The notes below the pieces were generated by a model. That model made no database searches, was not told the DNA's origin, and saw nothing but the letters and a program-made list of their open reading frames with translations. From Solirubrobacteraceae bacterium (GTDB lineage Bacteria; Actinomycetota; Thermoleophilia; Solirubrobacterales; Solirubrobacteraceae): a stretch of 64,000 bases of DNA. Positions within the stretch are counted from its first letter, which is position 1. Each line of letters begins with the position of its first letter. The stretch covers positions 24,046 to 88,045 of the forward strand of contig DASZLC010000119.1 of NCBI GenBank assembly GCA_035552615.1, read 5' to 3'. This document shows positions 9,352 through 20,576 of this stretch, in pieces. A program made the translations under genes and the position numbers.

Positions 9352-11367
9352 GTGCCCCCACGCGCCACCAGGCTCAGCTCCGACGCACCGACCGCGGCGG
9401 CGACGGCAGCCGCCAAGCGCTCCGCCAACGGCGCGGGACGCGTGGCCAGGCAGGCACCGTCGCGGATCGTGATCCAGTACCCCCAGCCGGCGGTCGACGG
9501 CGGGCGCTATCCCGTGAAGCGGTGCGTCGGCGACACGGTGGCGTTCTCGGTCGACGTCTTCCGCGACGGCCACGAGCTGCTGCGGGCCGTCGTCCGCTAC
9601 AAGCAGCCCGGCGCCAGGCGCTGGCGCGAGCGCGAGCTGCGCCGCGTCGACGCGTCCCTGGAGGGCGTGCGCTGGGCGGCGGAGTTTGAGGTCACGCAGA
9701 CCGGCCTGTGGCTGTACGACGTGGAGGCGTGGACCGACCGCTTCGGCACCTGGCGCGACGAGCTGCAGCGCAAGGTCGCCGCCGGCCAGGACGAGTTGAG
9801 CGGCGAGCTGTCGGAGGGGATCCTGCTGCTGCGCGGGGTCGCCGAGTCGGCCGGTCGTGCCGCGAAGACGCTGATCGGCCACGCGCTGGTCGCGCTGGAG
9901 GACGGCGCCCTCAGCCAGGCGGCACGCTGCGAGATCGCCCTGGACAACGCGCTGTACGACGCCGTCGAGGCCGAGCAGCCGCGCACCGACGCCACCACGC
10001 TGGAGCGACCGCTGGAGCTGACCGTCGAGCGCGTGCGGGCCTGCTTCGGCGCCTGGTATGAGCTGTTCCCCCGCTCGTGGGGCGGGCTGCGCGGAGTGCG
10101 CGCGCAACTGCCGGCGCTGGCCGAGCTCGGCTTCGACGTCGTCTACCTGCCGCCGATCCATCCGATCGGCCAGACGAACCGCAAGGGCCGCGACAACGCG
10201 CTCACCGCTGCCCCCGGAGACCCGGGATCGCCATGGGCGATCGGCGACGCCACCGGCGGACACGATGCCGTCCACGCCGACCTCGGGACGATCGAGGATC
10301 TCCGCGCCCTGACCGCGGCGGCCAGGGAGCACGGGATCGAGATCGCGCTCGACTTCGCGATCCAATGCTCGGCCGATCACCCGTGGCTCACCGAGCACCC
10401 CGACTGGTTCCATCGCCGGCCCGACGGCACGCTGAAGTACGCCGAGAACCCGCCGAAGCGCTACCAGGACATCTACAACGTGAACTGGGACTCGCCCGAC
10501 TGGCGTGGGCTCTGGGACGCCCTGTTGAAGGTGATGCTGCAGTGGGTCGACTGCGGGGTGACCGTGTTCCGGGTAGACAACCCCCACACGAAGCCGGCGC
10601 CGTTCTGGTCATGGTTGATCGACCAGGTCCACAAGCGCAACCCCGACGTCGTGTTTTTGGCCGAGGCGTTCACGCGGCGGGCCGTGATGCGCCATCTGGC
10701 CAAGATCGGGTTCACCCAGTCCTACACCTACTTCACCTGGAAGACCTCGCGCCACGAACTCACCGAGTACGTCACCGAGCTCGCCTCCTCCGGCGAGCAG
10801 GAGTACTTCCGGCCGAACTTCTTCGCCAATACCCCAGACATCCTGCACGCCTACCTGCAGCACGGCGGGCGCCCCGCGTTCGAGGCGCGGCTGGTCCTGG
10901 CCGCCACGCTGAGCCCCAGCTACGGGATCTACTCGGGCTTCGAGCACTTCGAGAACGTGCCGGTGCGGGCCGGCTCGGAGGAGTACCTGCACTCGGAGAA
11001 GTACGAGATCAAGGAGCGCGCGCTTGACGGCCCGCTGCTGGGCATGGTGGCGCGCATCAACCACGCGCGGCGGGAGCACCCGGCGTTGCAGCGCTTCTCG
11101 AACATCACCTTCCTGGAGACCGAGAACGACGCGCTGATCGCCTACGCCAAGCAGGGCTGGGGCGATACCGTGATCACGATCGTCAACCTCGACCCGCACG
11201 CCGTGCAGGAGGGCCTGGCCGTGATTCCCGCCCACCTGGCGCTGCCCCCGGTGTTCACCGTCCACGACCTGCTCACCGACGAGCGCTTCCAGTGGCGGAT
11301 CGGTCCCAACTACGTCCGGCTGGAGCCGGGGCGCCGCCAAGCGCACGTGTGCGCCGTGGAGGTGTGA
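9352..11367 (+). CDS. glgE: Alpha-1,4-glucan:maltose-1-phosphate maltosyltransferase
   Basis: [58 protein letters not shown]; start set at GTG 9352. Confidence 0.95.
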   Translation: MPPRATRLSSDAPTAAATAAAKRSANGAGRVARQAPSRIVIQYPQPAVDGGRYPVKRCVGDTVAFSVDVFRDGHELLRAVVRYKQPGARRWRERELRRVDASLEGVRWAAEFEVTQTGLWLYDVEAWTDRFGTWRDELQRKVAAGQDELSGELSEGILLLRGVAESAGRAAKTLIGHALVALEDGALSQAARCEIALDNALYDAVEAEQPRTDATTLERPLELTVERVRACFGAWYELFPRSWGGLRGVRAQLPALAELGFDVVYLPPIHPIGQTNRKGRDNALTAAPGDPGSPWAIGDATGGHDAVHADLGTIEDLRALTAAAREHGIEIALDFAIQCSADHPWLTEHPDWFHRRPDGTLKYAENPPKRYQDIYNVNWDSPDWRGLWDALLKVMLQWVDCGVTVFRVDNPHTKPAPFWSWLIDQVHKRNPDVVFLAEAFTRRAVMRHLAKIGFTQSYTYFTWKTSRHELTEYVTELASSGEQEYFRPNFFANTPDILHAYLQHGGRPAFEARLVLAATLSPSYGIYSGFEHFENVPVRAGSEEYLHSEKYEIKERALDGPLLGMVARINHARREHPALQRFSNITFLETENDALIAYAKQGWGDTVITIVNLDPHAVQEGLAVIPAHLALPPVFTVHDLLTDERFQWRIGPNYVRLEPGRRQAHVCAVEV

Positions 11368-13142
11368 TGGCGACCAGGCCCACGACTGAGCGGCCCGACC
11401 ACCCGATGCCCGGCCAAGGCGGGCACGGCAACGGGCACCCTCCGCAGCCGCCCGCCGGGTCGGCCCCGTCGTACGCGCAGACGAGCCAGTGGTTCGAGTC
11501 CGAGCCGCTGTGGTTCAAGCGCGCCGTGTTCTACGAGATCCACATCCGCGGCTTCTTCGACGCCAACGGCGACGGGTCCGGCGACTTCCGCGGGCTCACC
11601 GAGAAGCTCGACTACCTGCAGTGGCTCGGCATCGACTGCATCTGGCTGCTGCCGTTCTACTCCTCGCCGATGCGCGACGGCGGCTATGACATCTCCGACT
11701 TCTACAACGTCCACCCCGACTACGGCACGGTCGAGGACGTCCGCCAGCTGGTCGAGGCCGCCCACGCCCGCCGGATCCGCGTGATCGCCGACCTGGTCAT
11801 GAACCACACCTCCAGCGACCATCCTTGGTTTCAGGAGTCGCGCTCGGCTCCGGACAGCCCGAAGCGCGATTGGTACGTATGGTCGGATAACCCCGAGCGC
11901 TACCAGGACGCGCGAATCATCTTCATCGACACCGAGTCGTCGAACTGGACGTGGGACCCCGTCGCCGGCCAGTACTACTGGCACCGCTTCTTCTCCCACC
12001 AGCCGGACCTGAACTACGACAACCCCGAGGTTCAGGATGCCATGCTCGACGTCCTGCGCTTCTGGCTGGAGTTGGGGCTCGACGGCTTCCGCCTCGACGC
12101 TGTGCCGTACCTGTTCGAGCGCGAGGGGACGATCTGCGAAAACCTGCCCGAGACGCACGCCTACCTGCAGCGGGTGCGCAAGGAGATCGAGGCCGGCTAT
12201 GCGGATCGCGTGCTGCTGGCCGAGGCCAACCAATGGCCGGAGGACGTGGTCGAGTACTTCGGACCGAACGGCGAGGAGTGCCAGATGGCGTTCCACTTTC
12301 CCGTGATGCCACGGATGTTCATGGCGGTGCGCCGCGAGGAGGCGACGCCGATCTACGAGATCCTGGAACGGACGCCACTGATCCCCGACACCTGCCAGTG
12401 GGGGCTGTTCCTGCGCAACCACGACGAGCTGACCCTGGAGATGGTCACCGACGAGGAACGCGACTACATGTACACGGAGTATGCGAAGGATCCCCGCATG
12501 AAGCTGAATCTGGGGATCCGCCGCCGGCTGGCGCCACTGCTCGACAACGGCCGCGACGAGATGGAGCTGATGACGGCGATCCTGTTCTCGCTGCCCGGCT
12601 CGCCGGTCCTGTACTACGGCGACGAGATCGCGATGGGCGACAACGTCTTCCTCGGCGACCGCGACGGCGTCCGCACGCCGATGCAGTGGACCGGCGACCG
12701 CAACGGCGGCTTTTCCAAGGCGGACTTCGCGCAGCTGTACGCGCCGCCGCTGATGGATCCGGTGTACGGCTATCAGGCGGTGAACGTCGAGGCCGCCCTG
12801 CGGACCAGCAGCTCGCTGCTGCGCTGGATGCACCGCTTCATCGCGCTGCGCAAGGAGCACCCCGTGTTCGGCTTCGGCAGCTACGAGCCGATCGCCAGCT
12901 CGAACAGGCGAATCTTCGCCCTGATCCGACGGTTCGAGGATGATCTTGTTCTGTGCGTGCACAACCTGGCGCGCACCGCGCAGGCGGTGGAGCTCGATCT
13001 GAGCCCGTTCGAGGGTCGCAACCCGGTGGAGATGTTCGGGCGCTCGCGCTTTCCGAGGATCGGCCAGCTCCCCTACCTGCTGACGCTGGCTCCCCGCGGG
13101 TTCTACTGGTTCACCCTCGATGAGGAGACGGCCGATGGGTGA
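11367..13142 (+). CDS. treS: Trehalose synthase / maltose alpha-D-glucosyltransferase
   Basis: [58 protein letters not shown]; TGATG coupling with glgE. Confidence 0.96.
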   Translation: MATRPTTERPDHPMPGQGGHGNGHPPQPPAGSAPSYAQTSQWFESEPLWFKRAVFYEIHIRGFFDANGDGSGDFRGLTEKLDYLQWLGIDCIWLLPFYSSPMRDGGYDISDFYNVHPDYGTVEDVRQLVEAAHARRIRVIADLVMNHTSSDHPWFQESRSAPDSPKRDWYVWSDNPERYQDARIIFIDTESSNWTWDPVAGQYYWHRFFSHQPDLNYDNPEVQDAMLDVLRFWLELGLDGFRLDAVPYLFEREGTICENLPETHAYLQRVRKEIEAGYADRVLLAEANQWPEDVVEYFGPNGEECQMAFHFPVMPRMFMAVRREEATPIYEILERTPLIPDTCQWGLFLRNHDELTLEMVTDEERDYMYTEYAKDPRMKLNLGIRRRLAPLLDNGRDEMELMTAILFSLPGSPVLYYGDEIAMGDNVFLGDRDGVRTPMQWTGDRNGGFSKADFAQLYAPPLMDPVYGYQAVNVEAALRTSSSLLRWMHRFIALRKEHPVFGFGSYEPIASSNRRIFALIRRFEDDLVLCVHNLARTAQAVELDLSPFEGRNPVEMFGRSRFPRIGQLPYLLTLAPRGFYWFTLDEETADG

Positions 13143-14457
13143 TCATCCCGTTGACAACCTGCTCAAGGTCGACCCCGACTGGCTCGTCGCGCAGCGGTGG
13201 TTTGCCTCGAAAACGAAAGCCGTCACCGCGCTGGAGACGGTTGAGGCGGCGGCGCTGGCGGAGGACCTGTCGCTGGCGCTGATCGAGGCCCGCTTCGCCA
13301 CCGGCACGCACGAGCTGTACCAGCTTCTGCTGTACGGACCGGAGCAGCGCGACATCGTCTCCGAGCCGTGGCGGGCGCGCGGGCTGCTGAAGCTGATCGA
13401 TGCCGGCACCGACATCGACACCGCGGAGGGCACATTCAGCTTCCGCCGTTCCACCGAGAACCCGAGCCCCGCCGACGACGCGCCGGTCCGGGCGATGGGG
13501 GTCGAGCAATCGAACTCGTCGATCGTGTTCGGCGACCGGCTCGTGCTGAAGCTGTTCCGGCGCCTGGAGCCGGGGATCAACCCCGACCTGGAGATGCTGC
13601 GCTTCCTGACGCAGCGGGAATTCCCGAACATCGCGCCGCTGCACGGCTGGTACGAGTACGAGGGCGCCTCGCTGGCCGCGACCCTGGGGATCGCCCAGGA
13701 GTTCATCAGCGGCAGCCGCGATGGCTGGGACCTGGCCCAGGAGGAGATCGTCTCCGATCCCGAGCGCTTCCTGGAGCGGCTCGGCAGCCTCGGCGCCGTC
13801 ACCGGGCGCATGCACACCGTGCTCGGGTCCGACGGGGGAGACCCCGCGTTCTCGCCGGAGGAGCCGAGCAACGAGGCGATCTCGCTGCTGACGGCCACGA
13901 TCGACGAGGACATCGAGCGGATCTTCCTGCAGTTACCCGATGACGAGCGTGCCGCGCCGATCTTCGGCCGCGGCGAGGACGTCCGGGCGAAGCTCGCCCA
14001 GCGCTCGCAGATCGGCACCGGCGGGAAGCACATCCGGATCCACGGCGACTACCACCTCGGTCAGACCATCGACACGCCGCGCGGGTGGGTGATCCTCGAT
14101 TTCGAGGGCGAGCCGGCGCGGCCGCTGCCCGAGCGCCGTCAGAAGCGCTCGCCGCTGAAGGACGTGGCCGGGATGCTGCGCTCATTCGCGTATGCCATCT
14201 CCGCCGTCGAGCTGCTGCAGGGCAGATCGGCGCCGCCGGACTTCGAGCAGCGTGCCCGCCAGGCCTTCCTGGGCAGCTACTTCACCGAGGTGGACGCCGG
14301 CCTGCTGCCCGCCGGCGAGGCGCCGATCCACAACATGCTGTCGATCTTCGAGCTGGAGAAGGCGGTCTACGAGCTTCGCTACGAGCTCGACAACCGCCCC
14401 GACTGGGTACCGATTCCGGTCGCCGGAATCCGCCGCCTGCTCGAGGAGGATGTATGA
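13135..14457 (+). CDS. mak: Maltokinase (Mak/Pep2)
   Basis: [52 protein letters not shown]; lies between treS and glgB. Confidence 0.92.
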   Translation: MGDHPVDNLLKVDPDWLVAQRWFASKTKAVTALETVEAAALAEDLSLALIEARFATGTHELYQLLLYGPEQRDIVSEPWRARGLLKLIDAGTDIDTAEGTFSFRRSTENPSPADDAPVRAMGVEQSNSSIVFGDRLVLKLFRRLEPGINPDLEMLRFLTQREFPNIAPLHGWYEYEGASLAATLGIAQEFISGSRDGWDLAQEEIVSDPERFLERLGSLGAVTGRMHTVLGSDGGDPAFSPEEPSNEAISLLTATIDEDIERIFLQLPDDERAAPIFGRGEDVRAKLAQRSQIGTGGKHIRIHGDYHLGQTIDTPRGWVILDFEGEPARPLPERRQKRSPLKDVAGMLRSFAYAISAVELLQGRSAPPDFEQRARQAFLGSYFTEVDAGLLPAGEAPIHNMLSIFELEKAVYELRYELDNRPDWVPIPVAGIRRLLEEDV

Positions 14458-16640
14458 CGGTCGCCACCCAGGAGCTGGAAGCGCTCGTCGGTCGCGAGCA
14501 CACCAACCCGCATGCTGTGCTCGGAGCGCACCAGAGCGACGGCGGCGTGGTCATCCGGGCGCTGCGACCGGCGGCCCGCGCCGTCACCGCGGTGCTGAGC
14601 GACGGCAGCACCGAGGCGCTGGCCCAGGTCCATCCCGGCGGCGTGTTCGAGGCCGAGATCGCCGGCGCCGAACTGCCGCTCCGCTACCGGCTGCGGGTTC
14701 AATACGACCCCGACCACACGTTCACGATCGACGACCCGTACGCCTTCGGACCGACGCTCGGCGAGCTCGACCTGCACCTGATCGCGGAGGGGCGCCACGA
14801 GCGGCTGTACGAACTGCTCGGCGCGCATCTGAGAGAACACGAGGGCGTGGACGGCACGGCATTCGCCGTGTGGGCGCCGTCGGCGCGGGCGCTCAGCGTC
14901 GTCGGCGACTTCAACTCGTGGGACGGTCGGCTGCACGCCACGCGGTCGCTCGGCGCGAGCGGAATCTGGGAGCTGTTCGTGCCCGGCGTCGAGGCCGGGG
15001 CGCGGTACAAGTATGAGATCCTGGGCGCGAACGGGGAGCTGCTGCTGAAGGCCGACCCCTACGCGTTCGAGACGGAGATGCCGCCGCAGACCGCGTCGGT
15101 GGTCAACCGACGGCGCCACCAGTGGTCCGATCCCGAGCTGGACCACCTGCAGGCGCGACGCGAGTCGCTGCCGTTCGAGGCGCCGGTATCGATCTACGAG
15201 GTGCACCTCGGCTCCTGGCGGCGCAACTCGTTGGAGGGCAACCGGTCGCTCAGCTACGTCGAGCTGGCCGACGAGCTCTCCGCCTACGCGCGGGACATGG
15301 GCTTCACGCACGTCGAACTGCTGCCGGTGATGGCGCACCCGTTCGCCGGATCGTGGGGCTACCAGGTCACCGGCTACTACGCGCCGACCCCGCGCTACGG
15401 CACGCCCGACGACCTGCGCGCCTTCATGGAGCGGATGCACGAGCACGGCATCGGCGTGATCCTCGACTGGGTGCCGGCGCACTTCCCGCGCGACGAGTTC
15501 GCGCTCGCCCGGTTCGACGGCACCGCGCTCTACGAGCACGCCGACCCACGCCGCGGCGCCCACCCCGACTGGGGCACGCTCGTGTTCAACTACTCCCGGC
15601 ACGAGGTCCGCAACTTCCTGATCGCCAACGCGCTGTTCTGGCTGCGCGAGTACCACGCCGACGGGATCCGCGTCGACGCCGTGGCGTCGATGCTGTACCT
15701 CGACTACTCCCGCAAGGCGGGCGAGTGGGTCCCCAACGAGTTCGGCGGCCGCGAGGACCTCGACGCCGTCTCGTTCCTGAAGCAGCTGAACGAGCTCGTG
15801 CACGGCCAGGAGCCAGGCGTGATCTCGGCGGCCGAGGAGTCGACGGCCTGGCCGGGCGTCTCGCGCCCCACCTATCTCGGCGGGCTCGGCTTCGGCTTCA
15901 AGTGGAACATGGGCTGGATGCACGACACGCTGGCCTACTTCCAGCAGGACCCGATCTACCGCCGCCACCACCACCACGAGCTGACCTTCAGCCTGATGTA
16001 CGCCTTCAGCGAGAACTTCATCCTGCCCCTCTCGCACGACGAGGTCGTGCACGGCAAGGGCAGCCTGTACGCGAAGATGGCCGGCGACCACTGGCAGAAG
16101 CTGGCCAACCTGCGCGCCCTGTACGCCTACATGTGGGCGCACCCGGGCAAGAAGCTGCTGTTCATGGGCCAGGAGCTGGGGCAGAAGGACGAGTGGAACG
16201 CCGACAGCTCGCTACCGTGGCACCTGTTGGAAGCGCCCGAGCACGCCGGCATCCAGGCGCTCGTGCGCGACCTGAACCGCGTGTACAAGGACGAGCCCGC
16301 ACTGTGGGAGGTTGACTCCGACCCGTCGGGCTTCCACTGGCTGGAACCGAACGACGCCGACAACAACGTGATCGCGTTCGCGCGCACCTCGCGTGACGGC
16401 GAGCGGGTGGTGGCCGTCGTGGTCAACCTGTCGCCGGTGGTGCGAGACGGGTACCGGCTGGGACTGCCACGCTCCGGCCGCTGGCGCGAGCTGCTGAACA
16501 CCGACTCCGAGACGTATGGCGGCGGTAACGTCGGCAACTGGGGCAGCGTCGAGCCCGAGCCGATCCCGTGGGGTGGCCAGCCGGTGTCCGTCCAGTTGAC
16601 GTTGCCGCCCCTCGCCAGCCTGTGGCTGGTCCCCGAATGA
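14454..16640 (+). CDS. glgB: 1,4-alpha-glucan branching enzyme
   Basis: FAVWAP, VVGDFNSWD, IYEVHLGSW, SWGYQVTGYY, DWVPAHF, RVDAVASM, AEESTAW, LSHDEVVHGK; ATGA coupling. Confidence 0.96.
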   Translation: MTVATQELEALVGREHTNPHAVLGAHQSDGGVVIRALRPAARAVTAVLSDGSTEALAQVHPGGVFEAEIAGAELPLRYRLRVQYDPDHTFTIDDPYAFGPTLGELDLHLIAEGRHERLYELLGAHLREHEGVDGTAFAVWAPSARALSVVGDFNSWDGRLHATRSLGASGIWELFVPGVEAGARYKYEILGANGELLLKADPYAFETEMPPQTASVVNRRRHQWSDPELDHLQARRESLPFEAPVSIYEVHLGSWRRNSLEGNRSLSYVELADELSAYARDMGFTHVELLPVMAHPFAGSWGYQVTGYYAPTPRYGTPDDLRAFMERMHEHGIGVILDWVPAHFPRDEFALARFDGTALYEHADPRRGAHPDWGTLVFNYSRHEVRNFLIANALFWLREYHADGIRVDAVASMLYLDYSRKAGEWVPNEFGGREDLDAVSFLKQLNELVHGQEPGVISAAEESTAWPGVSRPTYLGGLGFGFKWNMGWMHDTLAYFQQDPIYRRHHHHELTFSLMYAFSENFILPLSHDEVVHGKGSLYAKMAGDHWQKLANLRALYAYMWAHPGKKLLFMGQELGQKDEWNADSSLPWHLLEAPEHAGIQALVRDLNRVYKDEPALWEVDSDPSGFHWLEPNDADNNVIAFARTSRDGERVVAVVVNLSPVVRDGYRLGLPRSGRWRELLNTDSETYGGGNVGNWGSVEPEPIPWGGQPVSVQLTLPPLASLWLVPE

Positions 16641-16659
16641 CCGTGCTGGTCCCCCGCAC

Positions 16660-18396
16660 TTGACGTCCTACCCGTGGGAGCGGCCGCTGGGCGCACGCCC
16701 GCGCCCGGACGGCTCGACGTCGTTCCGCGTCTGGGCCCCGCGCGCCGACTCGGTGGCGGTGCGGTTGCACGGCCGCACCGCGCCGCTCGATCACGAGGGC
16801 TTCGGCGTGTTCGGAGCGGTCGTGGAGGCCGCGCCGGGCGAGGACTACCGCTTCGTCCTGAACGGGCGCGGCCGCGGGCTGCCCGACCCGGCGTCGCGCT
16901 GGCAGCCCCGCGGGCTGCGCGGAGCGTCGCGCGTGTACGCGCCCGCGGCCCCGTCGCCGCTGCGCGACCCGCGGCCGCTGAGCGAGCTGGTCATCTACGA
17001 GCTGCACGTCGGCACCTTCTCGCCGGAGGGGACGTTCGCGGGCGCGATCGAGCACCTGCCGGAGCTCGCGCGGATCGGCGTCGGAGCGATCGAGATCATG
17101 CCCGTGGCCGAGTTCCCCGGCGCCCGCGGGTGGGGCTACGACGGCGTGTACCTGAGCGCGGCGCAATCCTCCTACGGCGGCCCCTCGGGTGTCATCGAGC
17201 TGGTCGGCGCCGCCCACGCGCTCGGCCTGGCGGTGATCCTCGACGTCGTCTACAACCACGTCGGCGCCTCCGGGGTGAAGGCGCTGGAGGCATACGGGCC
17301 GTACTTCACCTCGAAATACGAGACCCCGTGGGGCAAGGCGATGAACTACGACGACGAGCAGTGTGACCCGGTGCGCGAATGGGTCCTGCAGTCGGCCGAG
17401 GGCTGGATCGCCGACTACGGCATCGACGGGCTCCGGCTCGACGCCATCCACGCCATCCACGATTCCAGCGCCGAGCCGATCGTGGAGGCCATCGCCCGCC
17501 GCGTCCACGCCGCCAACCGGGACGCGCTGGTGATCGCCGAGTCGGGGCTGAACGACCCGAAGGTGATGCGCGAGCCGGACCGTGGATGGGGGTGCGACGC
17601 CACCTGGGCCGACGACTTCCATCACGCGCTGCGCACGCTCGTCACCGACGAACGCGACGGCTACTACGAGGAGTTCGGGCGCGTCGCGCTGCTGGCCAAG
17701 GCGATGCGCCGGCCTCACGTCCACGACGGCGACTACTCGACGTTCCGCAAGCGGCGCTTCGGGGCCCCGGCCGACGACGTGCCAGTCGAGCGCTTCGTCG
17801 TCTTCTGCCAGGACCATGACCAGGTCGGCAACCGCGCGTTCGGCGACCGGCTCCCGGTCGCTGCGCGTCCGCTGGCGGCGTTCTGCACGCTGCTGGCGCC
17901 GTTCACGCCGATGCTGTTCATGGGCGAGGAGTACGGCGAGCGAGCGCCGTTTCAGTTCTTCTCCGACCACATCGACACGAAGATCGCCGAGGCGACGCGA
18001 AACGGGCGGAGGGCCGAGTTCGCCGCGTTCGCGTCGTTCGGCCACGAGGTCCCCGATCCCCAATCGATCGAGACGTTCGAGGCCTCGAAGCTGACCCGGG
18101 TGCGCGATCCGCGGCTCGCCGCGCTGTACGAGCGGCTGCTGGCGGCGCGGCGCGTGCTGCCGCCGGGCGACGCCGACGCGATCACCTTTGACGAGGATCG
18201 GCGCTGGCTGCGCGTGCGCCGCGGGGCCTTCGAGCTCGTGGCGAGCTTCGCCGCCGAAACGGCGGAGCTGCGGGCCGGAGAGCCCGGCGCGGCGTCCGAG
18301 CTCGTGCTCGCCACCCACGCCGCGGTCACGCTCGGCGGCCACACCGTGACGTTGCCGCCGCTGTCTGGCGCGCTGCTCCGAACCCCCTCGGTTTGA
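16660..18396 (+). CDS. treZ: Malto-oligosyltrehalose trehalohydrolase
   Basis: FRVWAP, PDPASR.QP.G, IYELHVGTF, WGYDGV, DVVYNH, LRLDAIHAI, QDHDQVGNR, FMGEE; TTG start, see findings. Confidence 0.93.
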   Translation: MTSYPWERPLGARPRPDGSTSFRVWAPRADSVAVRLHGRTAPLDHEGFGVFGAVVEAAPGEDYRFVLNGRGRGLPDPASRWQPRGLRGASRVYAPAAPSPLRDPRPLSELVIYELHVGTFSPEGTFAGAIEHLPELARIGVGAIEIMPVAEFPGARGWGYDGVYLSAAQSSYGGPSGVIELVGAAHALGLAVILDVVYNHVGASGVKALEAYGPYFTSKYETPWGKAMNYDDEQCDPVREWVLQSAEGWIADYGIDGLRLDAIHAIHDSSAEPIVEAIARRVHAANRDALVIAESGLNDPKVMREPDRGWGCDATWADDFHHALRTLVTDERDGYYEEFGRVALLAKAMRRPHVHDGDYSTFRKRRFGAPADDVPVERFVVFCQDHDQVGNRAFGDRLPVAARPLAAFCTLLAPFTPMLFMGEEYGERAPFQFFSDHIDTKIAEATRNGRRAEFAAFASFGHEVPDPQSIETFEASKLTRVRDPRLAALYERLLAARRVLPPGDADAITFDEDRRWLRVRRGAFELVASFAAETAELRAGEPGAASELVLATHAAVTLGGHTVTLPPLSGALLRTPSV

Positions 18397-18412
18397 CAGG
18401 CTGCATGGTTCC

Positions 18413-20539
18413 ATGATCGAGACCTGGCCTGGAGAACCGTTCCCGCTCGGGGCCACCTGGGACGGGGGCGGGACGAACTTCTCGCTGTTCTCGGCGAACG
18501 CCGAGCGCGTGCAGCTGTGCCTGTACGACGACGACGGCGAGGAGACGTGCATCGAGGTGACGTCCCGGCGCGCGCTGAACTGGCACGTCTACATCCCGGG
18601 AATCGGCCCCGGGCAGCGCTACGGCTACCGCGTCCACGGCCCCTTCGCCCCCGGCGAGGGCCATCGCTTCAATCCCTCGAAGCTGCTGATCGATCCGTAC
18701 GCGAAGGCGATCGACGGGGTCGTCGACTGGGGCCACGACGCCAACGTGCTGCCCTACGTGCCGACCGGATCCGACGACGCCGACCTGGAGCGCGACGACG
18801 AGGACGACGCCGCGGCGATCCCGAAGGCCGTCGTCATCGACGACGCGTTCATCTGGGAGAGCGACCGTCCGCCCCGGGTGCCGTTCGCCGACACCGTCAT
18901 CTACGAGACCCACGTAAAGGGCTTCACGATGCGCCACCCCGACGTGCGTGAGGACATCCGCGGGACCTACGCGGGCCTCGCCTCCGATGCGGCGATCGAC
19001 TACCTGAAGGAGCTCGGCGTCACCGCGATCGAGCTGCTTCCAATCCACCACATCTCCGACGAGTCGTTCCTGGCCGAGCGCGGGCTGCGCAACTACTGGG
19101 GCTACAGCACGATCGGGTACTTCGCCCCGCACTCCGAGTACGCCGCCACCGGTACCCGCGGCGAGCAGGTGCGCGAGTTCAAGGGGATGGTGAAGGCGAT
19201 GCACCGCGCCGGGATCGAGGTGATCCTCGACGTCGTCTACAACCACACCGCCGAGGGCAACCAGCTCGGGCCGATGCTCTCGTTCAAGGGCGTCGACAAC
19301 GCCAGCTACTACCGCCTGAACCCCGAGGACCCGCGCTTCTACGTCGACTTCACCGGCACCGGGAACTCGCTGAACCCGGTGAACCCCAGCGTGCTGCGGC
19401 TGATCATGGACTCGCTGCGCTACTGGGTGTCCGAGTGTCACGTCGACGGCTTCCGCTTCGACTTGGCGAGTGCGCTGGCCCGCGAGTTCTTCGACGTCGA
19501 CCGCCTCTCGGCGTTCTTCGACGTGATCCATCAGGACCCGTTCTTGTCTCAGGTGAAGCTGATCGCCGAGCCCTGGGACGTCGGCCCGGGCGGCTATCAG
19601 GTGGGCAACTTCCCCGTGCTGTGGTCGGAGTGGAACGGGATGTACCGCGACACGATGCGCGACTTCTGGCGCGGGCAGGCCAGCCGCGGCGACTTCGCCT
19701 CCCGGCTCTCGGGCTCGTCGGACCTGTACCAGGCCGACGGACGCGACCCGTTCGCGTCGATCAACTTCATCACCGCCCACGACGGCTTCACCCTGCGCGA
19801 TCTCGTCTCCTACAACGACAAGCACAACGAGGCCAACCTGGAAGACAACCAGGACGGCACCGACGACAATCGCTCGTGGAATTGCGGTGTCGAGGGCGAC
19901 ACGGACGACGAGGCGATCCTGGAGCTGCGCGCCCGTCAGCAGCGCAACTTCCTGGCCACGCTGCTCATCTCCCAGGGAACGCCGATGCTGCTCGGGGGCG
20001 ACGAGCTCGGTCGCACGCAGCACGGCAACAACAACGGGTGGTGCCAGGACGACGAGCTGTCGTGGTTCGACTGGTCGCCGGGCGCCGTCGACGGGCTGCA
20101 TGCCTTCACCCAGCGGCTGATCGCGCTGCGCCACCACCATCCCGTGTTCCGGCGCGAGAGCTTCCTGGAAGGCAGCGATCCCGACGACGCCAGCGAGCTG
20201 CCGGACGCGTGGTGGTTCCGGCTCGACGGCCGCAAGATGACGAAGTCCGACTGGGAGGAGGGCGACCCCGTGCTCGGCCTGTTCCTGAACGGCGACGCGA
20301 TCCCCAACCCGGGCCCGCGCGGCGAGCAGATCCGCGACGACTCGTTCCTCGTGCTGTTCAACGCCTGTGGCGAGGAGCGCACGTTCACCCTGCCCCGGGC
20401 GCGCTTCGGCGAGGCGTGGACACTGGAGCTCTCCACCGGCACCCCGGACGCCGAGCCGGGCAGCGCGGGCTACCCGGCGCGCGCCGAGGTGACCCTGGAG
20501 GGACGATCGCTGCTCGTGCTCAAGCGCGCGAATGGCTAG
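18413..20539 (+). CDS. glgX: Glycogen debranching enzyme (isoamylase type)
   Basis: PLGATWDG.GTNF, KLLIDPY, IYETHVKG, NYWGY, DVVYNHTAEG, GFRFDLAS, IAEPWD, TAHDGFTL. Confidence 0.96.
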   Translation: MIETWPGEPFPLGATWDGGGTNFSLFSANAERVQLCLYDDDGEETCIEVTSRRALNWHVYIPGIGPGQRYGYRVHGPFAPGEGHRFNPSKLLIDPYAKAIDGVVDWGHDANVLPYVPTGSDDADLERDDEDDAAAIPKAVVIDDAFIWESDRPPRVPFADTVIYETHVKGFTMRHPDVREDIRGTYAGLASDAAIDYLKELGVTAIELLPIHHISDESFLAERGLRNYWGYSTIGYFAPHSEYAATGTRGEQVREFKGMVKAMHRAGIEVILDVVYNHTAEGNQLGPMLSFKGVDNASYYRLNPEDPRFYVDFTGTGNSLNPVNPSVLRLIMDSLRYWVSECHVDGFRFDLASALAREFFDVDRLSAFFDVIHQDPFLSQVKLIAEPWDVGPGGYQVGNFPVLWSEWNGMYRDTMRDFWRGQASRGDFASRLSGSSDLYQADGRDPFASINFITAHDGFTLRDLVSYNDKHNEANLEDNQDGTDDNRSWNCGVEGDTDDEAILELRARQQRNFLATLLISQGTPMLLGGDELGRTQHGNNNGWCQDDELSWFDWSPGAVDGLHAFTQRLIALRHHHPVFRRESFLEGSDPDDASELPDAWWFRLDGRKMTKSDWEEGDPVLGLFLNGDAIPNPGPRGEQIRDDSFLVLFNACGEERTFTLPRARFGEAWTLELSTGTPDAEPGSAGYPARAEVTLEGRSLLVLKRANG

Positions 20540-20576
20540 AGCTCGCGGAGTTCACTCCGGCGGCGACGCCCGCCCC

